From: an uncultured virus (IMG/VR IMGVR_UViG_3300024999_000005) | Lineage: Duplodnaviria > Heunggongvirae > Uroviricota > Caudoviricetes | Reading direction: 5' to 3' (one strand) | IMG/VR virus record: IMGVR_UViG_3300024999_000005 | DNA: 64,000 nt | Part shown: in pieces, positions 45,495 through 52,699 of the stretch | Layout of the letters: the number at the start of each line of letters is the position of its first letter | Numbering within the stretch: the stretch's first letter is position 1 | Notes under the pieces: model-generated | What the model saw: the letters and a program-made list of their open reading frames with translations, nothing else | What the model was told of the DNA's origin: nothing | Databases searched by the model: none | Translations under genes and position numbers: made by a program

Positions 45495-46226
45495 CTAAAA
45501 CGGCCAGTCCACAGCGACAATCTGCCTCTCCTTCCAATTGGCGTTGTGTGTTGCTACTACCACCGCCCCAATCTTTGGATCAAAGGTGGCTGCAGCACCG
45601 GCAGCGGATCCGTGCGCTTGATGTAGGGCTAAGCCATACCTCCAAATAGGTGCCCGTCCACCGATGACCAACAGGGATCCGCGGGGAATTTCCGGCATGA
45701 CTGGCAACGGATCTGATGGTGTACAGGGGCCATCTACGCCAATACTCCAAAATACGGGACCTTCTACTGTAATCGGCCTGGTGGGATTGAATTGCTCTGC
45801 AAGTTCCCAGCGTGCTCGGGCATCGGCAACGCTCTGTTTAAATCTGTCTGTGGGATTCGGGATGTTCAAAAACCCTTCCACGATAGCATCCCAGACATGG
45901 TATCCAAGAGTAAAACCGGCAGGCATTTTTGGGTATTCGTCTTGCTCCGAGACTACGCCCATGACAAATATGCTGTCCTCCTCCACATTATCCGCGACAA
46001 TGTGGGCATAGCGCAGATTGTTGGCACTGCTGTGAGTAGACATATGCTTAATTAAGACAATGCCATCACACAGGGAAACGCCACCTTCGGTATAGCTCCA
46101 CTTTCCGTTCTTGTGGTATTGTCCTTCCCAATTGATGTAGTCGATTTTCTCTACAGCAGGTTGTCCGTTCAACTTCAGTACTGCGACAACAGCAGTTCCG
46201 TCAGCGTCGTTTACGCTTAATTTCAT
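45495..46226 (-). CDS. Csx3/Crn3-like ring-nuclease domain fused to an unknown N-terminal domain
   Basis: LLVIGGRAPIWRYGLALHQAH...TFDPKIGAVVVATH matches the Csx3 pattern VVISGRGPIW...H...YDPRLGAVVV.SH. Confidence 0.8.
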   Translation of the reverse strand: MKLSVNDADGTAVVAVLKLNGQPAVEKIDYINWEGQYHKNGKWSYTEGGVSLCDGIVLIKHMSTHSSANNLRYAHIVADNVEEDSIFVMGVVSEQDEYPKMPAGFTLGYHVWDAIVEGFLNIPNPTDRFKQSVADARARWELAEQFNPTRPITVEGPVFWSIGVDGPCTPSDPLPVMPEIPRGSLLVIGGRAPIWRYGLALHQAHGSAAGAAATFDPKIGAVVVATHNANWKERQIVAVDWPF

Positions 46227-46290
46227 AACTATTCCTCCTTTTTATTTTTTCCTGGCAGGGCTTTTTCGGCTAACCCCAAGCCTGGGAAAA

Positions 46291-46776
46291 CTAAAAGACC
46301 GACTCTGCTGCTGTTTTGCCGTCCGGGTAGTAGAAAATCAAGCGTTTCTCACTGTTCGGGCACTGCTTTTTCAAACGCTTCCAGTCCTCCTGACACGTGA
46401 TATTCCAATGGATCAGGCGGATGTGGCCTCCATCGTTGTACCCTGCGACAGCGTGGACTTTGACTACATTAACAAGCATTTCTTGAAAGGTAAGTTCCTT
46501 CGTAAGAAAGTAAAACTGTCCGGATACCTGATATTCTTGGCATAATTCTCCCTGATAGTTGAAATCAATACCGTCCTTGTGGACATATGCCTGGTATGCG
46601 CTGGTTTCCTCGATGAAATCACAATGGAAGTAGGGCGACAGGTTTGGACTGTCATTCCATTCTGTACGATTAAATCCACAGGAAAACTGGAATCCTGTAG
46701 CTTTTGGGTATTCTTTTAAAATGGCATCTATGACCATTTTTTTCTGCCAATCTTGACTGATTTGCGCTGTTAACAT
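46291..46776 (-). CDS. Hypothetical protein (Acr-like context)
   Basis: AGGAGG RBS; 161 aa. Confidence 0.7.
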   Translation of the reverse strand: MLTAQISQDWQKKMVIDAILKEYPKATGFQFSCGFNRTEWNDSPNLSPYFHCDFIEETSAYQAYVHKDGIDFNYQGELCQEYQVSGQFYFLTKELTFQEMLVNVVKVHAVAGYNDGGHIRLIHWNITCQEDWKRLKKQCPNSEKRLIFYYPDGKTAAESVF

Positions 46777-46805
46777 TTCTATTCCTCCTATATATTTATT
46801 TTAGA

Positions 46806-46833
46806 TTAGGCCAGGCAACCCGCCCGACCTAAC
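46806..46833. repeat. 28-bp hairpin repeat, copy 2
   Basis: Identical to 34887-34914. Confidence 0.95.
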
Positions 46834-46844
46834 TTTTTTGCGTT

Positions 46845-47477
46845 CTACCAGGTGTGGTTCCAGGATTTCTTTACTCTACCGTCTGGCATTGCGTGCTCAT
46901 AATGGTTATCCCAGGAGCATTCTTCCCGTGGGTCACAGCATGGGGCACTCCAACTACTCAACAATACGGGCTTACCAGTTTCTCTAGCTTGGTCAAATTT
47001 CTCTTGACGTTCAGCGTATTTCTTCCGAATAGCCTCTGTTTTTGCCTCAATCATCGGACTTGCATATAAAGCGGCCTGCGGGTAGGTGAACTCTTCGCCC
47101 AGTGCTTCAACGGCTTTAAGGTCTACATGACAACCCCAACCGCTAACATAATTTGCAATCCCTAAACCCATTAGAACCTCTGCTGCCTGCCCAGTAGCAA
47201 AGTGACCACTCAGATGCTCGCCATCATGATATTTCAGGTGGATGGCTTTTTCTCCAGCAAGGATAGCCTGTTTCTCTGCTTCTTTCTCCGCCAGTTCCCT
47301 GGCTTTTAGTTCAGCCTTCTCCTGTTCCCGACGTTGCAATTCTGCAATGATTTCCGGCTTTGCTGCTACGAGCATGTCGCGTGTTTTCTGAGAAAGCTTC
47401 TTTGCGTTCGAAACCCTGATTTGACCTTCAATGTGTAGGGTGATGTTGTATTTTTTAATTAATTCAGTTGCTGTCAT
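46845..47477 (-). CDS. Hypothetical MGE protein with a Cys-containing C-terminal domain
   Basis: KPEII.EL N-terminal motif; ARETGKPV...CCDPREECSWD...AMPDG...HTW. Confidence 0.7.
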   Translation of the reverse strand: MTATELIKKYNITLHIEGQIRVSNAKKLSQKTRDMLVAAKPEIIAELQRREQEKAELKARELAEKEAEKQAILAGEKAIHLKYHDGEHLSGHFATGQAAEVLMGLGIANYVSGWGCHVDLKAVEALGEEFTYPQAALYASPMIEAKTEAIRKKYAERQEKFDQARETGKPVLLSSWSAPCCDPREECSWDNHYEHAMPDGRVKKSWNHTW

Positions 47478-47562
47478 TTTCATATCCCCTTTCATATTTT
47501 CAACCCTTGAACTGGGGAGGCTTTTAGCCTCCTGCCGGGATTCTCGGCATTCCCTTGGCGGG

Positions 47563-47850
47563 TTAATTATTTATTTGCCAGTCATAAACCCTCTTCCCTT
47601 CGGAAAAGAATTTTTCGGTAAGATATACGGTTGTAGTGTATTCCATGCCACCATATGCAGGGCGGCAACTTCCGTCAGTCCAATCTACGTTCGGAGAAAT
47701 TGTAACTGCTTGGTAATTTCTATGGTTGAAATTGCAGTCTGAGATCTTTAAATCATAACCTTTACTGCAATCAAGCTCCATGTTTCTAGGATTTCCATAA
47801 ATAATATTTTGCGGAACCCCAAGACTTGTCAATAATTCACTTACTACCAT
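47563..47850 (-). CDS. Hypothetical protein
   Basis: AGGAGGT RBS. Confidence 0.65.
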   Translation of the reverse strand: MVVSELLTSLGVPQNIIYGNPRNMELDCSKGYDLKISDCNFNHRNYQAVTISPNVDWTDGSCRPAYGGMEYTTTVYLTEKFFSEGKRVYDWQINN

Positions 47851-47924
47851 AATCTCGACCTCCTATTAAGTTTTCCTTGCACACCCCCGACGATTTGTCG
47901 GGACGCTCCGGCCTAAGTGCCTTT

Positions 47925-48047
47925 TTATACTCGCCGGGACGAGTTCATCATCTCTTCTATATCCTCTTGTGACAGTATCGGTTCTGGTTTCCTGCCCTGG
48001 TATCCTTCTAGGAGTCGGTCTATTTCTTCCAGAGCTAGCATTGCCAT
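47925..48047 (-). CDS. 40-aa acidic peptide
   Basis: MAMLALEEIDRLLEGYQGRKPEPILSQEDIEEMMNSSRRV; G-rich RBS. Confidence 0.45.
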   Translation of the reverse strand: MAMLALEEIDRLLEGYQGRKPEPILSQEDIEEMMNSSRRV

Positions 48048-48129
48048 GTGTGTACCCCCACCCTCGTATTTAGTTTTAACCTCTTACTCAAATCCCTGCT
48101 AATCAAGGTCCTGAGTGAGGGATTAAACG

Positions 48130-48414
48130 CTACCCCTTGTACTCTTTCTTCCACTCCTTGTATATTTCTTTGACTTCTTCTGCATCCCCCTTATGATAGA
48201 TATCATTTATGCTATCACCGTACTCCCCGATCTCCTCATATGACCATGGGCAACCCGAGAAATTGTAACCAGCTTCACTTAGGTATTTTTCTAGATCATC
48301 ACAGGCAGCCTCTGCCAGCAGAGTTGTCTTAGCCGTGAATGTTATTTGTACACTCCTACCATCTATCTTGCCGTCCAAGTCCCTACACACTAGATATTCA
48401 AATTTTGTCCTCAT
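48130..48414 (-). CDS. Small acidic protein (Acr-like)
   Basis: GGAGGT RBS; D/E-rich. Confidence 0.65.
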   Translation of the reverse strand: MRTKFEYLVCRDLDGKIDGRSVQITFTAKTTLLAEAACDDLEKYLSEAGYNFSGCPWSYEEIGEYGDSINDIYHKGDAEEVKEIYKEWKKEYKG

Positions 48415-48429
48415 TCTCTCGACCTCCAA

Positions 48430-48600
48430 CTACTCTACGACCTTTACATACAGGTCAGCAAGTTTGATTTCAAGTTCCTTTTCGCCGGCAAATCTGGCAA
48501 CCCGTATTAGCTGCGAGACTCTGCCTGCTAGATAGCTTTTAGGTGATTTGCCTATATCGGCTGTGATGTCGGCCATTTGCTGTTGGATAAATTCTTGCAT
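48430..48600 (-). CDS. 56-aa first gene of the accessory operon
   Basis: AAGGAGGT RBS; hand translation MQEFIQQQMADITADIGKSP... Confidence 0.6.
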   Translation of the reverse strand: MQEFIQQQMADITADIGKSPKSYLAGRVSQLIRVARFAGEKELEIKLADLYVKVVE

Positions 48601-48636
48601 CCGTTTTGACCTCCTTTGATTTCTGTCTACACCCTT

Positions 48637-48676
48637 ATCTTACAGCATTCTATGATATATGTCAACACCATAATCA
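48637..48676 (-). promoter_or_regulatory. Strong sigma-A promoter of the 48.6-39.4 kb operon with an adjacent 12-bp operator
   Basis: TTGACA(48665-48660)-17-TAAGAT(48642-48637); ACACCATAATCA at 48665-48676 recurs at 48947-48958. Confidence 0.75.
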
Positions 48677-48716
48677 AAGATTTTTTAAAATTGGGCAAAA
48701 AAATGCCCCGGAATCT

Positions 48717-48905
48717 CTAGGACTCCAAGGATTTTTTACGAACATATTCGCTCGCTGAAATATTTTCTTTTTTCGCTTTCTCCAATACTATCTCCCACTC
48801 AGGATCGGTGTATTTAATATGATGGGATTTATATTTTTCTTCCGGTGGTTTTGGCGGTCGGCCGGATCCCGTCCTGGCTCCACCGCGCGGGGAACACATA
48901 AGCAT
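48717..48905 (-). CDS. GGxRxGSGRP-motif ribbon-helix-helix regulator (Aca-like)
   Basis: RGGARTGSGRPP...YTDPEWEIVLEKAKKENISASEYVRK; own promoter TTGTAT-17-TATACT. Confidence 0.75.
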   Translation of the reverse strand: MLMCSPRGGARTGSGRPPKPPEEKYKSHHIKYTDPEWEIVLEKAKKENISASEYVRKKSLES

Positions 48906-49285
48906 AGAATCACTCCTTTTCATGATAGTATACATGAAAATAGTATACACCATAATCATAAAAGATACAAATAATGATTTCCTAGCCTTTGATGAGCTTT
49001 TCGTTTGGCTAGGAAAAGGGCAGGCAATGCATTGACAGGACAATCTGATAAGTGATAATATAGCCAAGTCACTCTTTGAGGGGAGGTAAGAACATTGACT
49101 AAAGAATAGATAGATGAGATTTTGGAGAGCATTGGTTTAGAGGAAATTAGAGGGGAAGAATAAGCCTGAGGCGGATTAACCCAACGCCTTTGGTTTATTT
49201 TTTTCCTAAAAATAAAAAAGCCCCGGCAACCGTCAACATTTCTTTGACAGTTCCGAGGCACAAAAGTAATTCGCGTTATGTTATT

Positions 49286-49759
49286 TTAACCTAATTTTTT
49301 CAAAATAACCCCTGCAGAAAAGTTAGCTATTTGTTTCTGCAACTGTTCAATTGACGCCTCTACCCCTGATTTTAGCTGATCGAATTCAGCAGTAACAACC
49401 ATGTCGGTAGTTTGCGCTGTGGCGGTGGTAGTGTCTGTAGTGTTCCAAACTTTCTTCACTTCGGCCAGGGCATCATGTATAAGGCTGTCCCATTTATCGT
49501 CCGACAAATTAATTCCTGCCTGCTTGCCTAGACCACGCGCCCTTAATATGGCCTCGCTTAATTTATCTTCTCCCTTAATACCCTTTAATGCTGCGTATTG
49601 CTCAACTGCAGAAATAGCAATACTGGCAATATCTTTTGCATCTTTAATCTGTTTCGCGGTAAAGTGCTGGCGTAGGTAGTACATACCCATTGTAAGTAAT
49701 ACGCTGATTAACGACTTTACTGCAGTACCCATATCGGGAGTAAACTGACTTTGATCCAT
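49286..49759 (-). CDS. Holin, LL-H-like
   Basis: One N-terminal TM, A..AVEQ...G.DK..EA motif; next to the lysin. Confidence 0.75.
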   Translation of the reverse strand: MDQSQFTPDMGTAVKSLISVLLTMGMYYLRQHFTAKQIKDAKDIASIAISAVEQYAALKGIKGEDKLSEAILRARGLGKQAGINLSDDKWDSLIHDALAEVKKVWNTTDTTTATAQTTDMVVTAEFDQLKSGVEASIEQLQKQIANFSAGVILKKLG

Positions 49760-49834
49760 TTACGCATACCTCCACTTTTAATTTTAAAGCCAACCCAGCA
49801 CATGGCCAGGGCTAAACTCTATTTAAACGTAAAA

Positions 49835-50647
49835 CTACTTTGAATAATACTTCAGCATTGCCACCATAACAGCGTCCACAATCCGCGAACGATATGTCGG
49901 ATCGTGCAGCTTAACTTCTTCGCCTGGGTTAGTGATAAAACCAGCCTCTATAATTAGTGTCGGTATGCCGGTTTTTCTGAGTAACCACAGTCCGGGACGC
50001 TCCCAGGTGCCCTTGCCATGCAGCGGGATCCCTGTTGCTTGTACTTCATCCCGAATCATCTCGGCTAATTTCCATGCCTGACTACTCTGACCATATGACA
50101 GATCTTCAAACCCACTGGCTTTTGCATCTCCAGCGTTGTTATGCCAACTGGTGAACAAATCGGCATTCGGGTATTTTTGTTTAATCAAAGCCGGCTGTTT
50201 GGAGTAATCAATTGACTGCTCAATCCAGATCACCTTTGCGCCCTGGGCTTCAAGTTTTGCTTTATGCTCCAGAGCAAAAAGCAAGTTGATGTCCTTTTCT
50301 AGAGTATATAAGGTATCCCCTTCTGCCGGGTTAATCCCGTCCACTGCACCAGGGTCCCCACCCGCACCATGACCAGCTGCAATAATGAATGTGCGACCGG
50401 CTAAACTACTTCCTACCTGACTGGCTTTCTGTGGTGCGCTACCACTAATCAGCGCCCGAATTTTTGCCTGGGTCTGCGGGCCAACAACACCGTCTACCGT
50501 CAAACCGTATTTCTGCTGGAATTTTAAAACGGCATCTTCGGTTTTGCTCCCGAATATGCCGTCAGATGAACCTGGACTTAAGCCAAGTCTAGTTAAGTTT
50601 TGCTGCAGTTCTTTTACGTCCACGCCTTTAGATCCACGTGCTAACAT
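49835..50647 (-). CDS. Endolysin: PG-binding domain plus N-acetylmuramoyl-L-alanine amidase (Amidase_3)
   Basis: GSKG.DVKELQ..L...DG.FG..T..AV..FQ; AGHG, EK, SWHNNA, IEAGFITN. Confidence 0.93.
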   Translation of the reverse strand: MLARGSKGVDVKELQQNLTRLGLSPGSSDGIFGSKTEDAVLKFQQKYGLTVDGVVGPQTQAKIRALISGSAPQKASQVGSSLAGRTFIIAAGHGAGGDPGAVDGINPAEGDTLYTLEKDINLLFALEHKAKLEAQGAKVIWIEQSIDYSKQPALIKQKYPNADLFTSWHNNAGDAKASGFEDLSYGQSSQAWKLAEMIRDEVQATGIPLHGKGTWERPGLWLLRKTGIPTLIIEAGFITNPGEEVKLHDPTYRSRIVDAVMVAMLKYYSK

Positions 50648-51063
50648 TTTTTATCCTCCCCTTTACCATCTTTGTTTTTTAGTACCTCCAATGTGTTTTT
50701 CAAAACTGCAGGTAGAGGAATGCCCACCCTGCCCGCATTCTCCAGTATGGACAGACCTTCTATGCCCAAATAAAAGCCGACTACAGAATTACGCATTAGC
50801 TGCGTACTAGTTAGTTGATCAACCTTAAAGGCCACAGCCACAAGCATAAGTATTAAAACCTTTTTAGCCACACCCTTAAAGCCTACCCGACTACTCAACC
50901 TGCCCTCTATGCCTGATGCTAGTAACCCGCTGGCATAGTCCAGCACGATAAAAAACACTAATGCCCTTAGTAGCGCGTCCCACCCGCCCAGTGCTTGGCA
51001 AAGGGAACTGCCAACTGCAGTTCCAAGCACTCCCGCGCATACTTTTATTCTATTGAAATCCAT
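50641..51063 (-). CDS. Holin (phage holin 4_1 / toxin-secretion family)
   Basis: LGGWD...DYASG...SSRVGFKG..KK...EGLSILENAGRVGIPLP. Confidence 0.9.
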   Translation of the reverse strand: MDFNRIKVCAGVLGTAVGSSLCQALGGWDALLRALVFFIVLDYASGLLASGIEGRLSSRVGFKGVAKKVLILMLVAVAFKVDQLTSTQLMRNSVVGFYLGIEGLSILENAGRVGIPLPAVLKNTLEVLKNKDGKGEDKKC

Positions 51064-51222
51064 GAAATCATCTCCCGGTAACCAAATAAAAATAACCTCC
51101 GAAGAGGTATACATAGGTATACTTGTATACTTTTTGTATACCTCAAATATTACGCGTAAAAACAATTAATGATTATGTAAAGGAGAGCCTTCGCCCTCCT
51201 TATAATTAAGCAACTAGATAGA

Positions 51223-51903
51223 TTAGATAGACCAGTTGCCTGCCTCGTCTTGCACAAATACCTTAATGACGTTAACACCCTCAGCACCAGCAGTCTCTAA
51301 ATCTGCGCCGTCTAAGGTGCATTCAATGTCAGTGTCTGCAGCATACCCGCCTGCACTACCTGACATATTCACAGAGCCATTTACTACTCCAATCAAGGTA
51401 CCAGAGGCATGTCCATCACCGGCATTAGCTACTACCATAACCTCGTAAGCCTCAAACCCTTCGTCAGAGCGGAAGCTGAAGGTAGTTACGCGCTTACCGG
51501 TTACCTTGGAAATCTTGGCCGGAGTCGGGCCACCAGTAATCGTAATAATGGGTGAAGTAGTGTCCAAGATAATGGTGTCGGTTGCGACAGTTGATTCGTT
51601 TAAAACATCGTCACGCAATCTTAAGTTAATAGTCTTAGTACCGTCACCGGCAGACCACTTAATTTGCTGAGACGTGCTGAAACTTATCCATTCAGAATCT
51701 TCCTCAGCAGTCTGGATATTTACGTTTTCAGACTCGTCAACGTCTCCCCAAAGCTTCATTTGGTACCCAGTCGTAATTACATCGTCAGTGCCAATAGTGC
51801 TGTTGCATAATAGAGATGTTGAATAGGTTGCTCCACCATCAAGAGAAATACTTGGATTTGCCGGACCACTCATGTCTAAATTCACCTCAATACTACTTGC
51901 CAT
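51223..51903 (-). CDS. Virion-associated Ig-like protein
   Basis: LDTT.P, D.AGN.S Ig-fold motifs; acidic and beta-rich. Confidence 0.65.
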   Translation of the reverse strand: MASSIEVNLDMSGPANPSISLDGGATYSTSLLCNSTIGTDDVITTGYQMKLWGDVDESENVNIQTAEEDSEWISFSTSQQIKWSAGDGTKTINLRLRDDVLNESTVATDTIILDTTSPIITITGGPTPAKISKVTGKRVTTFSFRSDEGFEAYEVMVVANAGDGHASGTLIGVVNGSVNMSGSAGGYAADTDIECTLDGADLETAGAEGVNVIKVFVQDEAGNWSI

Positions 51904-51948
51904 TTTAAATCCCTCCCCTATTTAGTTATATTAATTGACCCTTACGGA

Positions 51949-52695
51949 TCAAATTATGAACACTCGAACTTTCATTCTGAGCAAAACAGACCTTGCTATA
52001 TTGACACTTGACGTTTCGGTAGCGTCGTTATGCACCTCATCGCGAAAACTAGCAGTTACCAGGGCAGTACCGACAGACAGTACAGAACTGCTAATCATGC
52101 CCTGCCACGTTCTCTTGTTAACGAAATAACCAGTGACGACATGACTATTACCGGCAGAATCTTTAATGACAACCTCCTGCCAGTTATCCAAATCCTCACT
52201 GCTCGTAACATGAACCGCAATATCCTCGCCTTTTACCACGCTGACAGGCGCAGTAATATTCAGAACAGGAGCTATAGTGTCAAGATAGACAGAAAGAAAA
52301 CCAGATGCAATAACGTCAATACTGAAACTAATTTCTGCACTATTCGAGTATGGCACAACGAAGCCAGTTTCTAGACATAGGGCCTCACCAACCTCAACTG
52401 TGAAAGCTGTTTCAAGGGACAGGACATTGCCTGTCTTAAGCGATACCTCAGCGTCATTTAGCCATGGTACTGCAAAAGCAGTTTCTAGTCCTAGAGCTTC
52501 GCCGACTTCAACAACAAATCTAGTCTCTAGTGCCAGAATCTTTCCGACAGCTAAATCTATTTCCCCATTGTTTGTCCATGGCACAACGAAGCCAGTTTCT
52601 AGACATAGGGCCTCACCAACCTCAACTGTGAAAGCTGTTTCAAGGGACAGGACATTGCCTGTCTTAAGCGATACCTCAGCGTCATTGCTGTACAC
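51949..52695 (-). CDS. Tail-associated protein with 38-aa tandem repeats and an Ig-like end
   Basis: Three NDAEVSL...LETGFVVP units. Confidence 0.65.
   Translation of the reverse strand: MYSNDAEVSLKTGNVLSLETAFTVEVGEALCLETGFVVPWTNNGEIDLAVGKILALETRFVVEVGEALGLETAFAVPWLNDAEVSLKTGNVLSLETAFTVEVGEALCLETGFVVPYSNSAEISFSIDVIASGFLSVYLDTIAPVLNITAPVSVVKGEDIAVHVTSSEDLDNWQEVVIKDSAGNSHVVTGYFVNKRTWQGMISSSVLSVGTALVTASFRDEVHNDATETSSVNIARSVLLRMKVRVFII
52350..52686. repeat. Exact 109-bp direct repeat (52350-52458, 52578-52686)
   Basis: Identical copies 228 bp apart with a diverged middle unit. Confidence 0.9.
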
Positions 52696-52699
52696 AGCA

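Noticed and set aside
34887..46833. Integron interpretation: GTTAGGC/ACCTAAC ends plus a tyrosine recombinase near gene arrays
   Set aside because: The core motifs are in the opposite order to attC, the element is too short, and the recombinase shows no recognisable IntI-specific insertion
45000..47000. CRISPR-Cas locus suggested by the Csx3-like gene
   Set aside because: No repeat-spacer array and no other cas genes in the window
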